Shown here in pieces: positions 52,401-64,000 of a stretch of 64,000 bases of DNA (position 1 is the first letter of the stretch; each line of letters starts with the position of its first letter). The notes under the pieces are model-generated. The model was not told the origin of the DNA. It was given only the letters and a program-made list of their open reading frames with translations, and ran no database searches. The stretch is from Saccostrea cucullata (lineage: Eukaryota): NCBI RefSeq assembly GCF_032062105.1, contig NW_026926947.1, forward strand, positions 1 to 64,000, written 5' to 3'. A program made the position numbers and the translations under genes.

Positions 52401-52803
52401 CACTTTTTTGCAAAAAAAAAGTCATTGAACATAGGGGCGTAGATTAGCCCCCTCCCTCGAACCGTTAGTCCTTGTCAACATTATTTGCAGTACTCTCAGA
52501 ACTTTGATTATTTTACTGGTTCAAGTCAAAACGAAAGTGAAAATGCAAAAATGACGTAACTGTCGATTAAGAGCCAGAACGAGGCAAATGTGTATTGAAT
52601 TTTGTCGGTGCTGTAATACACATTCAAAAATATGATTTGGGTTATATTTACGACTTGAGTAGTTGTGATAATCGACAAAAGACTCTTTAAATTTTAAAAG
52701 AAGAGTGTCAGATTAACGTTTGTTGAATTCAAGTGGACAAGGACTTTGAAATGGCGAATATTTAATGGATATTTCGCGCGATTTGTTATTTATTTTGTAA
52801 AAG

Positions 52804-55800
52804 ATGGCGTCGAGTTCTGTGAGTCAAGAAAGTTTGGACATCGAAGACTATGAGATAAGCTCACGACAGAGTAGGGTAAGGCGTGCTCGGGCCCTGATGC
52901 CAAAAATTGGTGACGGATACGATCGGGAATCCCCTCGAAATGGAGACGGGGGTGGTGATGTCATTCCCGAGCACGAGTCCCCCTCCCGATCAACGGCAGC
53001 ATCACGAGCCCGAGACAAAAGGCGACCTAACCACCTCCATAAAGGAAAACTCCCTAAAGATAAACGTAAACTGAGAGAGAAGAGGCGCAGCACTGGTGTA
53101 GTCAACCTCCCCTCAACAGAGGTATGTTACGTCATCACAGGACTGTTGACAGTTGCTAGTGTAGGGCATTGTTTATATTGTAGGGGTTGTCTATATTGTC
53201 ATTAATTTGACTAAATTTCTTGCTGACATTAATTCTCATGTCTTGATATGAAAATTATTAATATCGTTTGATAACAAAAAGTTATCAAGCTCAAAAGTCA
53301 ATCGGAAACACTGCAAATTAATATGTTGATGTTGCGACCATTAGGGCGAGGGCACATACTTATCAAGATTTCATTAAGATCGGGCTCGTCAAACCGCACC
53401 TTACATCCGGCGCCTCTAAGACTCTGACGTCACATGACGTCGTATTCATGGTGCTTTACTAAACTGAAGCCTGAACAGGGCTGATTTTAATGAAGAACCA
53501 TTTTACTGACTATTTTTCTGCAACAAATTCATTAAATCAAGGCAAGTTTATTATTCGTTTAACTTTTGTTGTTTTTCTCGCGAGAATGTTGCTTTAGCTT
53601 TTGTGTACGAAGCAATGCATTGTGGCATTACTCCGGCAAAATATTCTAGCGAATGAATGTGCAGTAGTTTGAATTTTCTCTTCACCCAGGCATTGTCGTT
53701 AGAGCTCGCAGTGACGAGCGTCGCTGTGACGCTCGCTGCACTCGCTATAAATACGCATCAGATCCTGCCAGTGGAATCATGTTTATTTGCTTTCTGAATT
53801 GTTAAGAATACATTCCTAGCAGACACCAAGTCACAGGGTTTTGGCTTTGTTTTGTATCACAAGTCATGAAGTGGTTAATGAATAAGGATAATCATTATTT
53901 TCTTTAAATATATTAAGTCATGTTCGCCACTAGTTTATATACATGTATATATTATATGAAAAACACAGAGGCAGAATAAAATTTGCTCCATTGTCTTTTA
54001 AGAGTACACAATACTGATTAAAATTGGTATTTTTAGAGTACAGGGGATTCCCTTGATGATGAAGATGACGAGGAGTTATTGGAAGCGAAGAAGAATACAT
54101 CGTATAATGAAGTCATCGACGCAGATAATCCTCAAACTCCATCCGAGGTAAAGGTGCTGGGCACACTGGTATATTACCGTATACCAGTATATAAAGTGTC
54201 TGTTACATCAGAGACTTATAAAAAAAACCCTGTTTTTATACATCTCTTGTACATTAAACAAATTATAATAAATACTTTCATATAAAAATAGTCATATATT
54301 CCAATACCAAAGACCTACTGGCTATAGATAACTATATTTATTATCAAATTAATCATATTCTTTTTTATTTCTGAATTTGCTTTGTATGGAGAGAAGAAGA
54401 CATTATAAATGTAACAGATCTAGATGTATACTGATAGTTTGATTTTGATTTATAATGTTATCCACTTAATTTATCTTAACAGAGCAGAGTACCAAGACCT
54501 TTCTCTTCCAGAAGATCAAACAAAAGGTATAAATAATGTCTATATTCCAGCTAAACTATATATTTATTGGGGTTTTCATAAACAATTAATTCCTTGCTTT
54601 TATTTATTATTTAAGAAAAAAACTTAAGCTCTTATAGAATTATATTTTCTACACATGTAATTATAGTGATTGCATGTATAAATTTTGTTTTCACATTTAT
54701 TTCCAGCCCTTCAGATCTTGAGGCGGACCTAGAAGATAACCAGGATTATGACAGCACCGTGAGCCAATCAGAAACCAATCTTACTCTCATCGGAAAGTCT
54801 GACTCCGTTGAGTCGTCCAATCAAAACGCTAGTCCTAAGATGGGGCAAGGCCAGCAGTTCTTTGGCAGGTCTACTAACCATCCGGATATACCCAAGTCTT
54901 TCAGAAATTTTTCACCCAACACAAGTGAGAACGAAACAAAGACTTCTCCGTCATACTCCTCCAATTCTTCTTCTCCCTCCTCAATACTGAACCGATATAA
55001 GTGGCGCAGTCCCGACGTGTTAAATCAGGAGAGGGAACCTCCTTCTTCTGGTACAGGAATATCTTCTATCATCTCTAAATACGACAGAAAACCCAGCGAA
55101 ACAGAAACAAATTCCACAACAGGTTTTACTTCTAAAGGCTACCGAAATTTTGGGGATAGATTCCGTAAAGAAAGTCCATTTCAGAGTCAGTTCCGAAGCG
55201 TAGCTGCTCCAACAACGAGGGAAGATGCCGAAAAGATCAATCTCAAAAAGGTAAAGCACTATGTAGAGGATTCCAACAGCAAAAGTTACCATATAGTGTA
55301 ACCCAAATCATGGCAACCCTGATTATCTGTTCAATGATAATGTTCTTAATCAATGTTATATATTTGAGTAAATCCATGTTACATTCTACTTCAGGTGAAT
55401 CATATGACTTTTACCCTCAAAACTCTGTCTTGTTAACATCATTAGTCTAAGCTAAAATATTGTTGTTTTGTTTTAATTGATGATAATACTGTTCAGGCAT
55501 CAACAGTTAAGTAAACTATGATCATCATCACAGTTGAAACTATTTTATTTATTTATTTGCTTTCATTTAATGTAAATCATATTTCACTCTATTTGCAATT
55601 GTAGATGCTTGAGAAAGAGCAAGAGGAGAATAAGAAGATGAAGGAACTGTTGGAAGATAAAGACAGACGAATAGCAGAGCTGGAGAGAGAGGTGTACCTT
55701 CTTAATAAGGTAAGAGGTCAAACGAGTTGTCTGTGGAATATCTTACAGAGTGGGGAATAATATGTCGGTTCAGGGAAGTGGGGTTAGCATCCAAAAAAAA

Positions 55801-56345
55801 TAAAGGCTGGGGGAAATTATTTCAAATAAAATGGAATATATTAGTACTCTTACAAAGTGCATGAAAAGTACATACGAAGGAAATATAGTGATACGGCTGT
55901 ACCAGTTAATTTTCAAGACCAGAAATTTAAAAGTTTAATATTTGTTAACAGTTAATGCATTATAATAATAGACAAAGAGAATACATGTATATTGCCACTA
56001 AGTGTATGATAATTTTTGAACTTGTATCTGGTGAATTGTTATGTGACAGAGGAAAGAATTAAGAAAAAAGATTTAAGAGTCAAGACAAATCAGTGTTTGA
56101 AATTTAATTGAAAGTTTCTCTTGTTTTATATGTCCACACTAGGAAAATTGACATTTGAAGGTATATGTTACATTGTAGCTGAATGTTTTGGATGCTTTTC
56201 CTTTTGATCTCAGCAACTTGTAGTTCGAAATTTTATATTATTGTTAATTTTTAGTGGTATTTTGCGTTCATAATTTGTGTATATTAAATAGTATTTAGTG
56301 GATTTTTTAGTGTTGTGAGTATTTTCCCTTTTTAAATCTTGTTTA

Positions 56346-56388
<43 letters not shown>

Positions 56389-56405
56389 CATTTTGTCCGG
56401 CGTCC

Positions 56406-56444
<39 letters not shown>

Positions 56445-56456
56445 GACTTCTTCTCA

Positions 56457-56487
<31 letters not shown>

Positions 56488-56496
56488 CCACAAAGT

Positions 56497-56547
<51 letters not shown>

Positions 56548-58202
56548 ATTCAAGGGGAGATAATTGGGAATTAATGAAAATTTAGTGGTATATTTTAAAA
56601 ATCTTCTTCTCAAGAACCACTGTGCCAGGAACGATGAAACTTATGGGGAAACATGCTCAGGTAGTGTAGATTCAAGTTTGTTCAAATCATGACCCCCGGG
56701 GGTAGGGCGGGGCCAAAATGGCCGACTAAAGTTTTACATAGAAATATATAGGAAAATTCTTTAAAAATCTTCTTCTCAAGAATGACAAAGCCATAATTCA
56801 TCATATTTATATGGGAGCATGCTCATGAAGTGTAGATTCAAGTTTGTTCAAATCATGACCCCCCGGGTAAGGGCGGGGCCAAAATGGCCGACCAAAGTTT
56901 TACATAGAAATATATAGGAAAATTCTTTAAAAATCTTCTTCTCAAGAATGACAAAGCCATAATTCATCATATTTATATGGGAGCATGCTCATGAAGTGTA
57001 GATTCAAGTTTGTTCAAATCATGACCCCCCGGGTAAGGGCGGGGCCAAAATGGCCGACCAAAGTTTTACATAGAAATATATAGGAAAATTCTTTAAAAAT
57101 CTTCTTCTCAAGAATGACAAAGCCATAATTCATCATATTTATATGGAAACATGCTCAGGTAGTGTAGATTCAAGTTTGTTCAAATCATGACCCCCCGGGG
57201 GTAGGGCGGGGCCAAAATGGCCGACCAAAGTTTTACATAGAAATATATAGGAAAATTCTTTAAAAATCTTCTTCTCAGGAATAACAAAGCCATAATTCAT
57301 CATATATATATGGAAGCATGCTCAGGTAGTGTAGATTCAAGTTTGTTCAAATCATGACCCCCGGGGGTAGGGAGGGGCCAAAATGGCCGACCAAAGTTTT
57401 ACATAGAAATATATAGGAAAATTCTTTAAAAATCTTCTTCTCAAGAATGACAGAGCTATAATTCATCATATTTATATGGAAGCATGCTCAGGTAGTGTAG
57501 ATTCAAATTTGTTCAAATCATGACCCCCGGGGGTTTGGTGGGGCCAAAATGGCCGACCAAAGTTTTACATAGAAATATATAGGAAAATTCTTTAAAAATC
57601 TTCTTCTCAAGAATGACAGAGCTATAATTCATCATATTTATATGGAAACATGCTCAGGTAGTGTAGATTCAAGTTTGTTCAAATCATGACCCCCGGGGGT
57701 AGGGCGGGGCCAAAATGGCCGACCAAAGTTTTACATAGAAATATATAGGAAAATTCTTTAAAAATCTTCTTCTCAAGAATGACAAAGCCATAATTCATCA
57801 TATTTATATGGAAGCACGCTCAGGTAGTGTAGATTCAAGTTTGTTCAAATCATGACCCCGGGGGGTAGGGCGGGGCCAAAATGGCCGACCAAGGTTTTAC
57901 ATAGAAATATATAGGAAAATTCTTTAAAAATCTTCTTCTCAAGAATGACAAAGCCATAATTCATCATATTTATATGGAAGCATGCTGAGGTAGTGTAGAT
58001 TCAAGTTTGTTCAAATCATGACCCCGGGGGGTAGGGCGGGGCCAAAATGGCCGACCAATGTTTTACATAGAAATATATAGGAAAATTCTTTTAAAATCTT
58101 CTTCTCAATCATTTTCTAAAAAATAGCAAATCCATCATTGGTCATGGGACTACTTTTGGATTTACAATAAAAAGCCAATTTTTACTAGTCCTACCCTTGG
58201 TG

Positions 58203-58239
<37 letters not shown>

Positions 58240-58776
58240 GATTACTCTTAATGAAATTGCATGTATATAGCCTTTTAGATCAGATTGTTTACTCTGTTAA
58301 CTCTGCATATGCATATGAAAAGTTTAAAGTCATCTGAATAATTTAATTTTAATCTTGAATTTTATATTCCATTGCTGGCATACGATTTAAACCATATTAA
58401 ACCTTACAGGTATTCACATTAGAGAAAATGAGATGTCTTTTAAAAATCTTGAAATACTACTTGTACAGTATTAACATAAATACTTAAGTATATGGTTTAG
58501 ATTTTTTTGATTTTAATTCTTTAGCATACAATAAATTATATTAAATATAAAGTGTGATTTCGTCACATTACTTTTTGCGGGTTGCTACAATTAACATATA
58601 TTGAAAGATTCTGTTCGAAAGATATGATGATTGTTGAAGCAAGACTTTTGTCTTTTATTAGAACTTCTTGGTTTTAATTTCAGGATCTTGAAGACATGGA
58701 CGATGAAGCGCAGAAACTTCAGTTGGAGAACAATGCACTGATAAGAGCTGTCTCTCAGCTGAGCACTCAAGTGTGA
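52804..58776 (+). CDS. PAWR: PRKC apoptosis WT1 regulator (Par-4) orthologue, 404 aa
   Basis: Exons 52804-53121, 54037-54147, 54483-54526, 54707-55250, 55605-55709, 58684-58776; all GT-AG with matching phases, 1215 nt. Contains KRKLREKRRSTGVVNLP (Par-4 NLS/SAC core with the RRST PKA site) followed by an acidic run. The C-terminal leucine zipper ..EQEENKKMKELLEDKDRRIAELEREVYLLNKDLEDMDDEAQKLQLENNALIRAVSQLSTQV* closely resembles vertebrate Par-4. Confidence 0.92.
56342..58237 (+). mobile_element. HINE/Helentron-like element with 9 x 166-bp satellite monomers (oyster Cg170/HindIII-like) in PAWR intron 5
   Basis: 5' hairpin AGCTCACCTGAGC-CGAAG-GCTCAAGTGAGCT and (GTCC/GTCT)n microsatellite. GTAGATTCAA recurs at 56666, 56832, 56998, 57164, 57331, 57497, 57663, 57829 and 57995. 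3' subTIR GCTCAGGTGAGC followed by palindrome GGCCCATGGGCC and TCTTGTT. Confidence 0.9.
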
Positions 58777-59759
58777 CGGTCTTCAAGAAAACCAATCGAG
58801 CACACCCGCTGCACTGCACTAGACACACACTTTACTAGAAGATCATGTGATATGCATGTTATGTAAAGAACTTTTAAAAGAATTAAATTGATAACAATAT
58901 TTGCAAGACAAATAATGAAACCAATTGTTTAACAATAATAATTTGTCATGGGATGTTTTGATTTCAAATTTGTGATTTCTTTGTAGCTGTAAACCAAATA
59001 CTTTCTAGTTTACGCATATTTTTTTTAAAATATGAATGATTATAAAATTTTAAATATTTATACCATTAGTGTTCAAGTATTTCTTACAGCAATTTTGTTT
59101 TTATCTCATTCTTTCAATACTTTCATTATTTTTGCTTGCAACTTATAAAAGAAAAAGTGATTGGGGAATTAATTCATGATGTGAAGTTTCTTAAGTTGGA
59201 AAACCATAAGATTTTTCTTGTTGAAACCCATTATGTTGCATTCAACTTGATAGATTTCTTTTTAAAAAGTTTTATAAAGATATCCAGCTAAATGCGCAGC
59301 ATACAAAAAGCATATCTAATTTTTCAAGTCTATTATACAGTGTAACATAGTTAAATCTAGCTTAATAGGACCAAGAAAAAATTAAAGTTTGAAATATGTA
59401 GACATTCAAGATACTGTGGTTAAAGTATACAAAGGAAAAATAGTTGTGGCTTCTAGCTGGCTATGCTGACTTTTAGATTCCCAAGGTACATGTATTTTAG
59501 ACATCCTTGTTGGAGATATCAAAGTTCAACTGTATATTTTATAATATTTGAGGGTTCTTTTTTTTTCTTAAAATATTATAAATGGAAATTAAGTTAGTGA
59601 TAAAATCTGAACAAACTGACATTTTCTTTGTATATTTTTAAATGCATATTGAATTGAAATTTAAAATGCATTTTGAATTTCAAAATGGGTATCTAATATC
59701 CATGGTTGTTATCAATTTCATATAGCTGCTTTTTTGTGAGTTTACATTAGTATGTGTAT

Positions 59760-60806
59760 TATTATACCCCCCGCAAACGAAGTTTGGGGGGGTATATAGG
59801 AATCACCTTGTCCGTCTGTCTCTCTGTCCGTCTGTCTGTGCAATCGTGTCCGGTCCATATCTTTCTTACAGAGGGACATTAGAATCTACTACTCCACATT
59901 AAGATTGCTCATAACCTAAGGGTGTGTCATGACCTTGACCCAAGGTCATTTGGGGAAGTTCAAGGTCACTGGAAGAAAAATTTCATAATTCGTGTCCGGT
60001 CCATATCTTTCTTATGGATAAACTTGGTAGGTTCTCATTTCACACAAAGATTGCCCATGACCCAAGGGTGTGTCATGACCTTGACCCAAGGTCATTTGGG
60101 GAAGTTCAAGGTCACTGGGAGAAAAATTTCAAAATTCATGTTTGACGCATACCTTTTATGGATAAGCTTGGTAGGTTCTCATTTCACACAAAGATTGCCC
60201 ATGACCCAAGGGTGTGTCATGACCTTGACCCAAGGTCATTTGGGGAAGTTCAAGGTCACTGGAAGAAAAATTTCATAATTCGTGTCCGGTCTATATCTTT
60301 CTTATGGATAAACTTGGTAGGTTTTCATTTCACATAAAGATTGCCCATGACCCAAGGGTGTGTCATGACCTTGACCCAAGGTCATTCGGAGAAGTTCAAG
60401 GTCACTGGTAGAAAAATTTAATAATTCGTGTCCGGTCCATATCTTTCTTAAGGATAAACTTGGTAGGTTTTCATTTCATACAAAGATTACCCATGACCCA
60501 AGGGTGTGTCATGACCTTGACCCAAGGTCATTTGGGGAAGTTCAAGGTCACTGGAAGAAAAATTTAATAATTCGTGTACGGTCCATATCTTTCTTACAGA
60601 TAAACTTGGTAGGTTCTTATTTCACTCAAAGATTGCCCATGACCCAAGGGTGTGTCATGACCTTGACCCAAGGTCACTTGGGGAAGTTCAAGGTCACTGG
60701 AAGAAAAATTTTATAATTCGTGTTTGATACATATCTTTATTATACAAAAACTTACTTCTGAAAAACCCAGCGGGGGGTATTTTTTCCCGATTGGACAGTT
60801 CTAGTT
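59760..60806 (+). mobile_element. HINE-like element with ~6 x 146-bp satellite monomers, downstream of the PAWR stop
   Basis: 5' palindrome TATACCCCCCGCAAAC-GAA-GTTTGGGGGGGTATA, GTCC/GTCT microsatellite, monomers containing TGACCTTGACCCAAGGTCA, 3' subTIR GCGGGGGGTAT and CTAGTTT end. Confidence 0.85.
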
Positions 60807-62537
60807 TTTTCAGTTTCTCAGAAATGCACCACTTTGACCAAATTTATACTTGATTACTTGTGATACACTGTAGGTGATTAGTAGGTCATATCATGTGATT
60901 CCTGTTCTTATTTTTAGTGGTAGATATTTTTGGAGCCTTATGAAGGCTATAATATACAATTTAACATTCATGACGCATTGTAGTTATTGGTATGTTTCCT
61001 ATTTTTTGGTAGAGTAGATAGCATATTTCCCTGTTTAACGAGCATTTTAATGTCTTGACAGAGAATTCCTACACAAATGTGATACCTTTATTTCCAAGGG
61101 TTGTGCTACTTTATTGTTTGGATTATGTCCCTTGAAATAAGTGACTTGGGACATTAATGTTAAAGCCAGAAAAAATATTTTACATGTTATAAACGCAATG
61201 GTGATATTGGTGCATTTTTTGTTAAATTTTGAGTTTAATTGCGTTATACAAATGGTGTTCATTTTTTCTGTGTTATAGCCATATGTTTAGATTTTGTTTT
61301 CTATTTAGTCATTTAAAATTGGACTAAAATGTCATTCCAAATTTTTTTGTTGTGTGTGTTGTTCATTATTGCTTGATTTAAAAAAAGAATTACATGACTT
61401 ATGATTAAAGTGAGGAAACAGAGGAATGTGGGAAAATTACAAGATACACAAATCATTTACTATAATTTGATCTGTCCATTTTATTTAAACATTAAGAAAC
61501 ATTATAAAGATATATTGTATATATATGCTGGTTGTGAAACTTCTGTATTAAGATATACATACTTGTATATTTTATAGCAATTTTGAAAATCAATGTTATT
61601 TAACTCGGACATATTTTTTGTATCTTTTCAAATTTCTTCTAACTTTTTGTGAGATAAAATTTGATTTTGCCGATATTAATGAACGTTTCCAGAAATAAAC
61701 AAATGTACAAGCTAGGTAACCAACACAATTTGTAAGTCATACACAAAGATTAAAGGTTAAATTTTACATGTAAGTCAATCAATGCTCATGATTTTGGTGC
61801 TTTAATAGTACATGTAATTCATTAACATATCTATGTTCTGAGAACCACAGGCTTATTCTACAGGAATTTGTACCTTTGAGGACCATGTGAAATCTATTCT
61901 GTATGCATGGACATTTACTTTTTGCATACTGTCTCTCATTTGCTTGCTCATGAAATCATTACCTTAAATTAATATCACCTAGGTGCAATATGCATTTTAT
62001 AAAAATGATTGCACTGAAAATATTGTTTTACTTTTTTTGTTGCTTGTCATGAACAAAGATACAAAGAATATATGTCATTGATTTGCAAAGAAAACATCAT
62101 ATCTGGATTGAGAAGGGAGTGGATTAATTGTTAATGTTTATGTCTCATAATGTTCATTTACTGTGATGTTCATCAAGTGGGATCAAAGAAATTGAATGCA
62201 TCATTTTGGAATGTGTGAAAGTGATACATTGTATTTATATTAGTGTCCTTGATATGGAAGATATTGTTTGGAATGTATGTTACAAAACATTCTATTGTTG
62301 ATATAAATGTATTTTTTCTTTGTTAGGCTTTTTTGTGTTCCCTAGTGTTGAGTATTAATTTATTTGCTTATAGTGCTTTTGCTCATTTTTTTTCTCTCTC
62401 CAGTTTTCATTTGTTGATATATGCTGTTTCTTTTCAAGAGAAATATATTCACGAATATGGAGATCTTAAATTGCATGTGATATTAATTTGGCTGGCATTG
62501 AACGATTCCATGTGATGAGGAAGAAGGGTTCCTTATT

Positions 62538-64000
62538 TTTAGCTCACCTCAACGAAGTTGGGGGGAGCTTATGTGATACCCTCGGCGTCGGTGTCGGCGT
62601 CCCAGGTTAAGGTTAAGTTTTTTGGAGCAGTTTTCTTTTTAATTACTTCTGTGTCCTATACTGATTAGACATGCATGGAAGATGGTTTTAGTGTGTTTTA
62701 TTATACCAGACAAAGTTTCAGATGCTGCAATTTCAGCAAAGGAATTACCAGGTTAATGTTTTTGGAGCAGGTTAACATTTTTGGTGCAGTTTTTGGTGTG
62801 GGTTTCATTTCCAAGTAACTATAAGCCCTATGTTGACCAAACTTGCATGGATGGTACATCTAAGGATGCATACTACCGGGCTTGCTTCGGATGCTGAATC
62901 TGACCTACATTTTCCGGTTGAGTGAACAGGTTAAAGTTTTTGGTGTAGGTTTCATTTCCAAGTAACTATAAGCCCTATGTTGACCAAACTTGCATGGATG
63001 ATACATCTAAGGATGCATACTACGGGGCTTGCTTCGGATGCTGAATCTGACCTACATTTTCCGGTTGAGTGAACAGGTTAAAGTTTTTGGTGTAGGTTTC
63101 ATTACCAAGTAACTATAAGCCCTATGTTGACCAAACTTGCATGGATGATACATCTAAGGATGCATACTACCGGGCTTGCTACGGATGCTGAATCTGACCT
63201 ACATTTTCTGGTTGAGTGAACAGGTAAATGTTTTTGGTGCAGGTTTCATTTGCAAGTAACTATAAGCCCTATGTTGACCAAACTTGCATGGATGATACAT
63301 CTAAGGATGCATACTACCGGGCTTGCTTCGGATGCTGAATCTGACCTACATTTTCCGGTTGAGTGAACAGGTTAAAGTTTTTGGTGTAGGTTTCATTTCC
63401 AAGTAACTATAAGCCCTATGTTGACCAAACTTGCATGGATGATACATCTAAGGATGCATACTACCGGGCTTGCTTCGGATGCTGAATCTGAGTGAACAGG
63501 TTAAAGTTTTTGGTGCAGGTTTCATTTCCAAGTAACTATAAGCCCTATGTTGACCAAACTTGCGTTGATGATACATCTAAGGATGCATACTACTGGGCTT
63601 GCTTCGGATGCTGAATCTGACCTACATTTTCCAGTTGAGTGAACAGGTAAAAGTTTTTGGTGCAGGTTTCATTTCCTAGTAACTATAAGCCCTATGTTGA
63701 CCAAACTTGCATGGATGATACATCTAAGGATGCATACTACCGGGCTTGCTTCGGATGCTGAATCTGACCTACATTTTCCAGTTGAGTGAACAGGTAAAAG
63801 TTTTTGGTGCAGGTTTCATTTCCTAGTAACTTTAAGCCCTATGTTGACCAAACTTGCATGGATGATACATCTAAGGATGCACACTACCGGGCTTGCTTCG
63901 GATGCTGAATCTGACCTACATTTTCCGGTTGAGTGAATAGTTAAAAGTTTTTGGTGCAGGTTTCATTTCCAAGGAACTATGAGTTCTTTAATGACCAATC
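62538..64000 (+). mobile_element. HINE-like element with ~8 x 147-bp satellite monomers (runs off the window end)
   Basis: 5' hairpin AGCTCACCTCAAC-GAA-GTTGGGGGGAGCT and (CGGCGT)n microsatellite. ATAAGCCC recurs at 62821, 62968, 63115 and onward; one monomer near 63490 has a ~18-nt deletion. Confidence 0.85.

Noticed and set aside
52848-55292. Antisense or alternate-frame ORFs 52848..53105, 54808..54990, 55020..55292 (and 22633..22830, 32420..32614, 48230..48452, 5099..5284)
   Set aside because: Shadows of real PAWR or PLAC8 exons; no independent coding signal.
56580-58110. Regular arrays (also 59900-60720, 62800-64000) as CRISPR or coding repeats
   Set aside because: Whole monomers repeat with no unique spacers, no cas genes, eukaryotic context; bounded by HINE termini, so these are satellites.
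59922-60716. Repetitive ORFs 59922..60278 and 60504..60716
   Set aside because: Chance open frames in the 146-bp satellite.

Overview
AT-rich, intron-containing animal genomic DNA, most likely a bivalve such as an oyster. This is inferred from the 166-bp satellite carried in Helentron/HINE-type elements, the tRNA-derived SINEs and the abundant Penelope-like RT relics. Positions ~1-49.3 kb hold a tandem cluster of eight PLAC8/cornifelin-family (DUF614) Cys-rich small-protein genes, which the ORF track mostly misses because they are spliced. Seven are complete with three coding exons (mostly 127, 140 and 96-99 nt; 119-136 aa), here named A-G. One further copy (copy 0), cut by the window edge, has lost its start codon. 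All copies are on the minus strand except C. C is inverted, shows many amino-acid changes, and has its promoter plus first coding exon enclosed in ~1.6-kb inverted repeats. Head-to-head with the cluster is a six-exon PAWR/Par-4 orthologue (52804-58776, 404 aa). The rest is TE debris: four satellite-bearing HINE-like elements, an IS3EU-like MITE, Tc1/mariner and TTAA-target MITEs, SINEs, an L1/Tx1 3' fragment and many Penelope-like fragments. All exon boundaries, translations and difference counts were done by hand; no database search was possible.
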